A stretch of DNA of 64,000 nt from Parasitella parasitica NRRL 2501 (Eukaryota > Fungi > Mucoromycota), in the NCBI GenBank assembly GCA_025201805.1, contig MU619301.1:98681-162680 (forward strand), written 5' to 3'. The notes beneath the pieces are model-generated. The model was not told the origin of the DNA. It saw nothing but the letters and a program-made list of their open reading frames with translations, and ran no database searches. Below, in pieces: positions 50,596 through 62,380 of the stretch. The position numbers were made by a program, and so were the translations under genes. How positions within the stretch are numbered: the stretch's first letter is position 1; each line of letters opens with the position of its first letter.

Positions 50596-50777
50596 TGAAT
50601 CGTGTAGTTTATCTCGATCTAAAGCCAAATAAAAATCCATCTCCATGGCAACGATTAGACTCGCTTGACAGCTATAAATTCACGTACAAGACTTTTATTT
50701 CATAATATATTTGGCGATAATGGAGTGATATACATGAAATATTATAGCGTTGGGTATATATGTTGTCCTCAATATGC

Positions 50778-51106
50778 TCAAGTGTACATGGGCGAGTTGA
50801 GATTACTATCAATACTGGGAACGTCTAAATCTTCAGTTTCAATCTTTACAATATGCTTTCCAGGTATCATGACGAGCCCAACAAGTCTTTTTTCTGCTGT
50901 TGAACCGCGTGTTAACAATGTAAACCAACAAAAACCAAAATACTACTACCTCCTCGAAGCTCTTCAGTGTGAGCTAATATAATGTTCTTTTCTTTATCAA
51001 TGCACACAAATGTGCCAATAAATATTCTACCGTCTGTTATTCTGATGCGCGACTTGAAGTTCAAGTACGAATTGAGTCGTCTAATGTTGTCTGTATCGGC
51101 TGCCAT
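50778..51106 (-). CDS. MAK31: Sm-like NatC auxiliary subunit (Mak31/Naa38/LSMD1)
   Basis: RIRITDGRIFIGTFVCIDKEKNIILAHTEE...RLVGLVMIPGKHIVKIE. One intron with a CAGCAG acceptor. Confidence 0.85.
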
Positions 51107-51525
51107 TTGGTTTTCTGAAATGAAAGCTTTGAAAAAGATTGTTGGGGGGGGGGGGTTTTTTCATGATGGCTCTTCGTCGTGACTCTGATACATGTTTTTA
51201 CATGTGTAATGTGGGATGAGGCGATAATCCCGTGAGCTATGATAAACCATGCTTTTGAATGTGAAGAAATAGTTAGACATTGATGAAACCAAGTGTCTGC
51301 CAACACCATGGCAGGCAATTGTCTTGAATTATGCAAATGTTGAGTGTTTTCTTTGCCTTGTAACGTGTAACGATAATCACACATTCCAAATAAATCATTG
51401 CCCCTTTCTACGCTCCCCCCTTCTTTCGCTCTCTCTCTCTCTCTCTCTCTTTTTCGCACTGTCTCTCCTTTCTTTATCTCCTTGATTCCTGTATCTATCT
51501 CTTGATTTTATTTTATTTGTTTCTC

Positions 51526-51618
<93 letters not shown>

Positions 51619-51637
51619 CACAAACTAATAATTGAAA

Positions 51638-53227
51638 ATGTCGTCTTCATCATTAGCTGTTGAACCCGTTGCGGTAAATACGCCATGGAAAGTAGACCTT
51701 GAATCAGACATTAACGTGTATTACATAGTCTTCACTTCAAACCGCTTTGGAAGGATATGTTGGTTTCGATACCATCACTCAGCAGATTGAAAAAAAGCTG
51801 TTGAAAAGAGGATTCCACTTCAACGTCATGGTAGTTGGTAAGTAAAAAGTATATCAAGACTATTTTCATGCAAATGCTGATAGTCCGTGGTAGGCCAATC
51901 TGGCTTGGGTAAATCTACTTTGGTCAATACAATCTTTGCTTCGCATTTGATTGAGAGTAAGGCTCGTCTTTCTGCTGATGAACCTCCCAGACAAACTACT
52001 GAAATCCAAACCGTATCTCACTGTAAATATCCCTTGATTTTTCTCCTAACTTTTTTTTGATTTCTAATTACAACTAAAAATGCTGCAGTGATTGAGGAGA
52101 ACGGAGTACGTCTCAGACTCAATATTGTTGATACCCCTGGTTACGGAGATCAAGTTAATAACGAAAACTGGTAATATCAGTGCTATATGCCGTAAAATAC
52201 AAATGCTTATGCCTATCGTATAGTTGGGAGCCTATCATAAAGTACATCAAAGACCAACATTCAGCCTATTTGCGCAAAGAGCTAACTGCCACTCGTGATC
52301 GCTATATTCAAGACACTAGAGTCCACTGCTGTTTATTCTTTATTGGCCCTACAGGACATGCGTAAATATAGGAGCTATGCATTTTTATAACTTTACTAAC
52401 TGTTTATTTGTTTTGCCTGCTTTGCTTTCGCTAGTCTAAAGCCTATTGATATCGTTGTCCTCAAGAAACTTTCTGAAGTTGTCAATGTGGTACCTGTTAT
52501 TGCCAAGTCTGATTCACTCACTATCGATGAGCGTGCCGCGTTCAAGCAAAGAGTAAATAGACCGCCATATTTTTATAGCATTTAAGAATTCCCCTAAATA
52601 TGTGATGTTTTGTTTTTTTTTTGGCGTAGATCAAGGCAGAGTTAGTTTTCCACAACATCAAATTATACCCTTATGAAAGCGATGAGGATGACGAACAAGA
52701 ACAAGCTTTGAACGAGAGTATTAGAGTAAGTTGTTAATGCCCAGGATTTTTTTTGGTGACGATATTCATGGCAACTCTTGCTGTAGGAGCTTCTTCCCTT
52801 TGCCATTGTCGGCTCTGAGCGTAATGTTGTTATTGATGGAAAACCTGTAAGAGGTAGAAAGAACAGATACGGTGTTATTAATGGTGAGTAAACGCAACCA
52901 TACGTGTAATTTAATTGCTAACAGCTGGAGCTACTAGTTGAAAATGAAGACCACTGTGAATTCATTTATCTCCGTAACTTCTTGACTCGCACCCATCTTC
53001 AGGATTTGATTGAAACAACTGCACAAATCCATTATGAGGCATTCCGTGCCAAGCAACTGCTGGCCATCAAGGAATCTACTCAACCCGCTAGTAGTCAAGC
53101 ATCTCTTGGTACTACGCCCAACGGTACCCTCCCCAACAGCCCAAATACCATGGCTAGTCCCACCAGCAATACTCTTAGTCCCGGTGCCAGCTCCCCAATG
53201 GGTAGCCCCCCACAATCCAACCAGTAA
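51638..53227 (+). CDS. CDC10: Septin, Cdc10/AspD-like (no C-terminal coiled coil), 9 exons
   Basis: [99 protein letters not shown]. Confidence 0.93.
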
Positions 53228-54121
53228 GCTCACGTTTTATCTTTTTCGCCAGCAAAATGATTAACTTTCTCTACCGCACAATCAGATCTGCTTTTAGTTG
53301 AAGAGAGTGAATGTTCAAGGGGGAGCCCTTACATCCAAGAACCCATTATTTTTTTCTATTATCACATAATTACAATAAAACTGAAAAATAATACGTATAA
53401 ACTAATCAGGCTTTGAGATGTTTATTTTTTTTTTTTCACTGCATGTGTGTCAAGCTACTTGTAATACTTGATTTCAAATTATTTAAATGAACACAATACT
53501 GAGTATATGCATATCGATGCCATCCGGTACTATAGTAGATCAACATTAATTCATTGTCCTGTGTCAATTTTCTAACGATAGTTTTGTACTACTTTTTTTC
53601 ATGCATATTACATAGTCGTACCTTTTAAAAAGGGTGGTTTAAACTTGTTGTGGTTTCTGGCATGCCTCTTTTAAACATACATCAAAACATCTCGTAATGA
53701 AAACGGCCGTTGAAATTGTCATTTTACCACCACACTTGAGACGAGTAGACTGGCAGCAAGAGTACCTTGTATCATCATCACGGTCATTTTCCAAAAGATG
53801 AATGATTCAATATGAGTAAGAGAGAGAGAGAGAGAGAGATTTAGCAGAATACTCTAACTACGTGCTACTTTGACGTCTGATGCAAAGCTTAAAATGCCCA
53901 ATGCCATTCTGTGAGACTATCAACTGATCTCTAAAATGCTGATACTGGTACCATATCATCTTGGTACAGTACGGTATATCCATCGAACTATGGTGCTTCT
54001 TTTGTGACGTTTCATGATCAGGGTAAAACTCCTCCCTCTCTGATGGACATCCCAAAGAGTGGGTTTTTAACTTTTCTTTTGCAACTACCAGAAAAAAAAA
54101 GAAAAAAAAAACACAACCACT

Positions 54122-55075
54122 ATGGATTTCGTCAAGGACCTTGATAACCGGCTTTTATTTGCTGTTCCCAAAAAGGGGCGTCTTTACGAACAGTGTATGC
54201 AGCTCCTGTCAGGCTCTGACATTCACTTTAATCGTCGTTCTCGTCAAGACATTGCTTTGAGCACTAATTTGCCCGTTGCGCTCATCTTTTTACCTGCTGC
54301 CGATATTCCCAAATATGTTGCTGAAGGCAACGTGGATTTAGGTATCTCGGGACAAGACATGGTGGTCGAGAATGAAGTCCCGGACAAGGTAACGGAAATC
54401 ATGGAGCTTGGTTTTGGAAAATGTCGTTTGTGTGTTCAAGTGCCGGTCAAGGGTGATTTCAAAAACATTGAGCAGTTGGCTGGTAAGCGTATCGTCACCA
54501 GTTTTGATGCCTTTGCAAGAAAGGTATTCGAGCCTATCGACGCTGCCAAAGGAACCAAGACGACTATCAATTATGTGTCTGGATCCGTGGAAGCAGCTTG
54601 TGCTTTGGGCCTTGCCGATGGTATCAGTAAGTAGCAACAGTCCTGTTTACAAGCGCATGGACATTTTTTAATCAAATAACACGTAGTTGATCTTGTCGAA
54701 TCTGGTGAAACTATGCGTGCAGCTGGCCTTCACGACATTCATACGTTATTGGATACTCAATCTATCCTCATGTCCAACAAAAACTCCAAGCACCAAGATT
54801 TAATTGTCAAGATCACTTCTCGTATCCGCGGGGTCATTACCGCCAGTAAGTATGTTCTTTGCACCTATAATGTTGAGCGTGAAAATCTGGTTCGTGCAGT
54901 TCAGGTGACTCCCGGTCGTCAAGGACCTACAGTGTCTTCGTTGGACTCCCATGAAGGCTGGGTCGCTGTTTCTGCTATGATCGAGAAGAAGCAAAAGGGC
55001 GATATCATGGATCGTTTGTCTGAAGTCGGCGCTACGGACATTTTGGTTATGGCATTCACAAATTGTAGAGTCTAA
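54122..55075 (+). CDS. HIS1: ATP phosphoribosyltransferase
   Basis: RLLFAVPKKGRL, GSVEAACALGLADGIIDLVESGETMRAAGL, TPGRQGPTVS, C-terminal NCRV. One intron. Confidence 0.97.
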
Positions 55076-55120
55076 GACATGTCCATAATCGCACACACCC
55101 CGTCATTTGTTTAATTTATT

Positions 55121-55885
55121 TTAACTGTTGAATAATCTAGAATAAAGCCTGTCATGCATGCCTTGGCATACGTCCAACAACGGGTTTGTTTGACAGCAAT
55201 CCTCAATGCCTATATGCTTTGTTTCCTTGATGATCGTTTCAATGGGGCTTCTGGACTGTAGCAGCAGTTTCTGAGCTTCATACGGTCCTACGACGTTCAA
55301 TCTGACTGCGCTAGAATAGATTGTCCGTGTAAAGAGATAAAGCCACAGGTGAAGGGTGTTTTCGAGATCGACTTTGAGGTAGCGACAAATCAGACCATAA
55401 CAGATAGCAAAATGTCCATCGACTCTCTCGCCTCGAATCATGCTCTTCCACCTTTTCACAACATCTATATTTCTTTTGTGCTCTTCTTCTGTAACATGCT
55501 CAGGGCTGTCCGTAAAGCATTTCAAATAAAGCGTCAGCATGGCAATGCCTTGTGCCAACGACGCTCTCCTGGCCACAGTGTTGGCTGCCATCACTGCGTC
55601 ACAAATATTGTCTGATTCAACCAAGTAAGCGAGTGAATCTTCATGATCAGGCGCTTCATAGCCTGCTTTTACAAAACAGTTGGTGTTTGAAGCGTAGTTG
55701 TGTGCTGAGGAGGTCACCCATGCTGCCAGATTTTCGTTATCGATAAGTCCAGCTTGCCAGCTTGCTTCTAAACCTGAAGAGGCTACAAACCCACCTGTCG
55801 GTAAGGCAGAATCAGTCAATATGTACAGTAGCCAGCTACTTGTTTCGTTTGATGAGAAAAACGGTGATGCTGATGGAAGGGCCAT
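55121..55885 (-). CDS. ureF: Urease accessory protein UreF
   Basis: LTDSALPTGGFVASSGLE, RRASLAQG, GHFAICYG, SSAVRLNVVGP, HDRLYSRLFNS. Confidence 0.95.
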   Translation of the reverse strand: MALPSASPFFSSNETSSWLLYILTDSALPTGGFVASSGLEASWQAGLIDNENLAAWVTSSAHNYASNTNCFVKAGYEAPDHEDSLAYLVESDNICDAVMAANTVARRASLAQGIAMLTLYLKCFTDSPEHVTEEEHKRNIDVVKRWKSMIRGERVDGHFAICYGLICRYLKVDLENTLHLWLYLFTRTIYSSAVRLNVVGPYEAQKLLLQSRSPIETIIKETKHIGIEDCCQTNPLLDVCQGMHDRLYSRLFNS

Positions 55886-56853
55886 GTTGATGGTGGAGGG
55901 GAAAGCAAAAAAGATGTAGCCACTCGAAAGAAAAGAAGAAAAAAAAAATAAACACATATATCCAATCAGAAAATTGGCCACGAACATTGATGTGGTTTTG
56001 TGCACAAAGTGAGGCTCTAGGAGCTCCCCGACTCCACCCACAAACAATCATTATTTCTCTCTTAATCTCTATTAGACATCCATTGCAGTAGAAAAGTCAT
56101 AAGAAGCACATAAAGTGTGTAGAAACATCTCTGTAACTAAGCAAGTCGGCCAAATTTTTATCTCCATAGCAATAGATCATCTCTAGCTTGTGAAAATAGG
56201 AAGAAATAGATTTGTGCTTGGTCCCACTCCCTCATCCAAATCATCTTGTGCAACTCTATAAAACCGATTTTGGCAGACATTTGTAAGAAATGATCAATGC
56301 TCCGCCACATTTTTATTTTAGACATAATGATAGGGATATGAATCCAGACTTTACTGAAACAACAAGCAATTATATTAGTTATGAAATAGTGCTATGCATT
56401 TATCAGTGGCATCACGTTTTTCTCCCACAACAAACATACAAGCAAAACTGACAAGCGTACAAATAACGATTGCAAAAATGAATTTTATTTGGAATGTATG
56501 CCATAATGATTCTATCTAGTGTGCAAACCCTTACACCATCACCCTTTCACTTACCTGGATTTCTTCTGATCAAGTGATTAACAATTGATTCCGCTCGCCA
56601 GTTTGCAACTATTTTCACTGTATTCTTTTTCAAGATCTCACTTACTGTACATCAAAAAACAGAGTAAAGACCGGAAACATATATATATTTCTTGAATATA
56701 TATATGTAGGTGTAAAAAAAAACTGAATTTTTTATTGTATTACAAATGTCGAAGTCATTGCGTGTGTGTTAGGAAAATGTCTATTGAAGAGGAGGAGAGA
56801 GAGAAAGAGAGAGAGAGAGAGAAGGAGAAAGGGAATACGGGTTTTTTTCTCGC

Positions 56854-57770
56854 TTAAGCAACATCACCTACCACAATATATCTGGATAAAATAATTAGAA
56901 CTCTATCGAACAAAGCAATGCCGAGCGAGGACTTACCCTTTATCTGCCACCACACTTCTACACTTGAAAAAGACGTTATATTTCAAAACCCAACGAGGCT
57001 TTACGCTTGTTCTCTCGTTGATAACATTATGATTAGACAGTAAAGTAGAAAGAGCATCTGTTGTCAAGATTTCTACAAGGCAAAAGTGAGGATTTAGTTT
57101 CTCCTTGACTCCTATAATCAGATTTGCATCACGGTACCTGTGCTGTCTCCATTAAAAGTCATTTCAATTCCTTTTTCTTTACCAAGGCGGATCAAATCTT
57201 GGGGCAAAGAACAACATTGATCAAAGTGTACTTGATCTATGCAGGGCTTGACCTTTAAATCTTTCTTGTTGAGAAAATCTGTCAACGTTTGGTGGTCAAA
57301 ATCAGCCAAGCCCAGCTTTGAAATCACTCCTCTTTCGTGATAAGCTTCTAAATCCTTCCATGCTTTACTCACTGATGAAGCACTATCATCAGCATCGAAC
57401 GAAACAATAAAGGTATCGATAGACGCAACATCCAAGAGTTGTTGAAGATGATGAATGGCCTTATCAATATGTGATGGTTGGTATTCACTGCAGCTATCCA
57501 AGTAGAACAATTTGGCTGGATGGAAAAAAAGAAGGTTTTAGGGTTCTTTGATCTTGCCCAAATGTAGCTACACCTTACCTGTTACTTCGACATCATTACG
57601 ATCATCAGGATGTATGCGGCTGCTTAATCTCAAGTCAGGGACTTCAAGTAATTCAGTTTCTGTATAGTAGCGGAACGAAGGTTTGTCAGTGCCATTTAAA
57701 GATATATCGAGGGTGTCAGAAATAGCTTGGACCAACTAAACACATGGAAAAAGTCAATCTCCCCGACAAG

Positions 57771-57805
<35 letters not shown>

Positions 57806-57948
57806 ATCCTCACCTCAGTGTTGGATTTCTTATTCCAATGCTTCCCGGCAGTAGCAGTCGTTGATGTGAGCATAACATTACCGGTATAAATGACCAATTG
57901 TTTAAACTCGGGTACTATGGTATGATCAGGAAAATGTTGAGAAGGCAT
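56854..57948 (-). CDS. GCLM: Glutamate-cysteine ligase modifier subunit (AKR-like fold)
   Basis: IYTGNVM, ELVQAISDTL, VEVTAKLFY, WKDLEAYHERGVISKLGLADF, QCCSLPQDL, PRWVLKYNVFFKCRSVVADKGYIV. Four introns. Confidence 0.85.
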
Positions 57949-58802
57949 TGAATAAATATTAAGGATTTTTCTTGAGGAAAAGAGGGAATGTTGGAAAATC
58001 ATTAGAGATCATCTCCGTTTATATACGTTTTTTTTTCGAGATATTTGGATTTGTCAGAAAAATCGAGATCTCCGGTCACAGAAGGATACTGAAAGTTCAC
58101 GGTGAATCCGGCTTATTGTGTTGCCTCCAATGGGTTTATAATTCTACTAGGTAGCATTACGGGAGAATAATATGAAAATTGCCAGTAGGCTCAGAGATGG
58201 CATTATTCTATTTTAATTCTATCAGTTATATCGCTAGTGTATTTTCTGCTCTTTCATGGTACACCTAGTTGATTACTAATATGCTAAAAAAGGGATCATG
58301 TCAAGTTGCTGTTATCGGCTGATTCAAACAAAATATAAATGCATAAACTCACTCCAGGTTATATTTTGGGGTCGAAAACATATCGTTTTTTCGAGCATTT
58401 TCACCATCTTAGTCTTATCAAAATATACAATGTCGTTTCCTAGATATTAATTTTAAATGCTATACCTACCTAAAGTCTTTTTTTTTTTTTTATTTTATTT
58501 TTTCAGAAATGATCAAAGAATTGATATACAAGGCTTTTGTCTAATTCGCACACCGGCCACATCAAACATTTGGAACAAGAGCCTCATTTAGTAATTCATA
58601 CACGTAAGTTGGGTACCTTTTCCTTATATGAATGTAATGTTTGCACCCCCTGATTTTCATTTTGGATGTAGTCAAGTATGATTGTAGTAGTAGATACAAG
58701 CATATACATTCTTTATGTAGGAAAATACCCCTCTTTTTCCTTGTTTCCCAAATTATCCTTCTTTTTTTTTTAAAAAAAAAACCTTTCCCTTCAATACTTT
58801 AT

Positions 58803-60209
58803 ATGACATTAGAAGGGAGATATATTGGGCTAATTCTTGCTATATGCTCAAGCCTACTTATTGGCGTCTCATTTGTGGTAACTAAAAAGGGACTGCAAAA
58901 TTCCTCAACAGCTGAGCATGGTAATGCCTAAATTTCTTTCATAACTCAACCGCCTTTCATTAAAAAAAACTAATTTCCCTGCCTCACAGGACGAGCCTCC
59001 GAGTCGCATCGATATTTAAAGAATCCTATATGGTGGATAGGCTTGGTCATTATGGTGATGGGTGAGGTTCTTAATTTTATAGGTAACCAATTTTGTAAAG
59101 AAGGGTTGGTGACTATATACTGAATATACAAGCATTATAAGATTAGGGTACACATTTGCTCCCGCTATCTTAATCACACCATTAGGAGCATTAAGCGTCA
59201 TTATAGGGTAAATTTATACATACATACATACATCAATTGGTGAGAAGCATGTTTGTATTCAGTTTTATTTTCCAGCGCCATCTTGGGCTCCATATTTTTA
59301 AAGGAGAAAATGGGCCCTATAGGCATCATCGGATGCTTACTATCTGTAATTGGTGCAGTGATCATCATTTTTCATGCACCTGAAGATCCAGAGGTTCAAA
59401 GCGTACAGGAACTAGTTGCCTATATGCTTAAACCAGGTTTGTGAACCGGATGCAAATTGCTATTATGGAATTAACAATTATACATAGGCTTTTTGGTGTA
59501 TAGTATATTGATTATAGTGGTTGTGGTGGGAATGATTTGGAAAGTTGCGCCCAAATACGGAAAAACAAAGCCTATTGTTTATCTTTCTATATGCTCCTTG
59601 GTTGGGTCACTTTCTGTAATGGCGGTGAAAGCATTTGGTATTGCTGTCAAACTAACAGTTGCTGGAAATAACCAGTTTAATCAACCGTCGACATATATTT
59701 TTGGATTCATGTGCGCATTGTTCATATTGATTCAAGTCAATTACTTCAACAAGGCATTGGATTTATTCTGCACCAATGTGTAGGTCATATGATCTGTATG
59801 CAAATGATGTATTGTGAACTAAACTCTCAAGGGCTATAGAGTGAATCCTATTTATTACGTATGTTTTACAACTGCCACAATAATCGCATCTGCAATCATG
59901 TTTCAAGGTTGGAATACGGCGAGCCCTACAAATACGATTAGTTTAATTTGTGGGTTTTTGATTATATTCTCGGGTGTTTATTTACTGGATATGATTGCAC
60001 CACTTTCAAACGTAACTTCAAGTTCTCTGCTGGAGCTTCCATTTTCATCGTCATCTTGCCGAGTGTCCTCTATTGCAACTGGAACAGCTACAGAAAAGAG
60101 TTACTGGGATGATTATACTAATGCTGACATTGAAGAAAGAGGAAGACATCCCAATGCTATCCCTAGAAAGAGGCCATCTTCTTCTAGACCAAGAGCACTC
60201 TCTGTGTGA
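58803..60209 (+). CDS. NIPA-family magnesium transporter
   Basis: IGLILAICSSLLIGVSFVVTKKGL, YLKNPIWWIG, YTFAPAILITPLGALSVI, YLSICSLVGSLSVMAVK, VNPIYYVCFTT. Five introns. Confidence 0.93.
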
Positions 60210-60647
60210 ATGTATCTTTCTAATATCTTGTAAATATCATTAATGCGACTTTCAATAAAAAATACACCAAGACATTAGCCCTTATAGTCTGTAAATAAAC
60301 GTATTTCTTTCTTTTCAAAGGTCTACATAAAAAATAAAAAACAAAGCACGCAGACAATTAAAGAAAAGATGCCATTAAATCGTTTAGCCCAAGAACTTGA
60401 CATCTGTATATCTCTGTCTGTCATTATAAGCATCTCAGCTTTATTATATACAAAAACAAAAATTTTAAGGGGATATTGTAGCGAGTATCAATATCTGTAA
60501 AATCTTCTAATATTACAGCGAACATGAGAAGTATACCATTGATTGCTACCATTCTATATAAATGTGTAAAAATATTTAAACTATCTTGTTTCGCTTGCTT
60601 TTTTTTGATTTAGAAATGCCCACGTAGTAATTGACTATCTTATTGAT

Positions 60648-60878
60648 TTAAAATTCTTTAGTTTCAATAAATGCTGTATGACCACGGCTTCTCTTCTTCT
60701 CTTCTTTTAAGCCTTGGTGAAGTTGGTGAAGTTGAGCGGCTACTGTATTATTGGCAGCATGAATAGCGACACCTTCATGTAAGAATTTATCGAGGAAAGC
60801 GGTAGCACTCGCAATAGTGGCATCTTTGTTAGATTCAACCTTCAAATTAAGAGGTACAAGTTCTGGCCTTTTACTCAT
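60648..60878 (-). CDS. Small protein (76 aa), possibly RNA polymerase I subunit A14/Ker1-like
   Basis: Pattern P-LNLKV...ATAFLDKFL...NTVAAQLHQLHQGL recalls Rpa14/Ker1. The match is from memory only. Confidence 0.5.
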   Translation of the reverse strand: MSKRPELVPLNLKVESNKDATIASATAFLDKFLHEGVAIHAANNTVAAQLHQLHQGLKEEKKRSRGHTAFIETKEF

Positions 60879-61474
60879 ACTTTACGAATATGTGTGCAAG
60901 TGGATTGAAAATGAAGGCAATTCTGCAGTCGGAATATGTGAAGAAAAAAATATAATCATAAGCCACACGTAGTGAACATCTATACTAATGCAGGTTTACA
61001 ATCAACCAATGATGGTTTGAACTAAAGCTTTCTTCATCTGCATTTAAACAAAGAATTCCCCCTCTTGTGTTTTAGAATTAAGTAAGCATTACAATATTTG
61101 TCAAGTTAATAGAAGTTTTATAGCGAAATTTTTATACCGAAGGCGCTAGATCTTTAATTGATACCTGTAACAAGTAACCGAATTATCTCGAACAATACAT
61201 CAATGTCAAAAAAGACGACTTTTATGCGTTTTATAAGGAGAGTTCATATACAGATTTACTAGAAAAACATGTAGGTTGTAAGGAGCATTGCCTAGGGGTA
61301 TTTCAACATCCTATCAGACATTTGACTCGATCAAAATACTCACTGGATACTCCTTTTATAACACATCGTTCATCACTTGTGCGAAACATTTTCAAACTCC
61401 CGTCCTCCTTATTTAAACAAACCACTGCTTTCTACTCTTTCCTTGTTTCTTCTTGTAATTGTCGAGTAAATACT

Positions 61475-62380
61475 ATGGCATCCGAGGCAAACACAGAAAG
61501 TGAGTTATGCTGCACATAAGATAGTTTTGGGAATGTATGTTCTAATTTAAAAATCAAACAAGATGATGGCTCCCTTAGATTAGGACGTTCAACCACAGGC
61601 GCAGATATTGGAGAGTTGCAACGAAAAATCAGCCTAGCCGAAGATGAGCTTCGTCAACTTAAACAAGAGCTAGACCAAACAAAACAGCAAGCTAAGCAAG
61701 CCGAATTATCCTCTCAAGAAAGTGGTAGAACTAATCGCAAGTTGAAAACCGAGATCCAAACCCTCACAGACATGAGTAACCGTAAAGACAGACAAGCTGA
61801 AAACTCAAAAGCAACAGCATTTTTCTTCGAGGGGCAAGTAAAGAAATATAAGGACGAAATTGAGACAGCAAAGCAAGGTATGGGCCATTTAAAAGAACTA
61901 GATGATCAGTTGAATCAGGCCAAGTCTGAGCAAGCAGAGCTGGAAAAGACATCTAAAGAAGAAGCCGCTCGTGTAGACAGCATCATCAAATCTATGAAAG
62001 AAGAACACGAAACAAATAAAGAAAATCTCAAAGCTGAAATCGATGAAGCTTATGCCAATTTGGAAAAAGTATCGGCCCAAGCTTTGGAATTACAACAAGA
62101 AATTCAGCAAAAGATGGAGTCTGAATTACCAGGCCTTGATGTACATCAATTAGAGAGAGAATACCGCATTTCAGAACAAAAACAAAAGGATGAGGTTGAG
62201 CGGGTCCATGAGGAACTAAGACAGCTTGTTAAAAAATTAGAGCAATCGGAGGCTTCAACTTTATCGCAAGAAGAAAGTATGGTCAAAGTCAAGGAAGAAA
62301 TGGATAGAATAACGCGTCGACTTCGTGCTATGGATCAATTATCTGCTTCAAATAGCAATGATCCTACGACTTCAAACTAA
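61475..62380 (+). CDS. Long coiled-coil protein of unknown function, 2 exons
   Basis: ATG at 61475, GT-AG intron about 61500-61562, then about 270 aa of E/K/Q-rich heptads; AATAAA after the stop. Confidence 0.8.

Noticed and set aside
51532-51613. Very long homopolymers (also about 1065-1129 and next to gaps)
   Set aside because: Common throughout the window and often gap-adjacent; lengths are unreliable and show no specific function.
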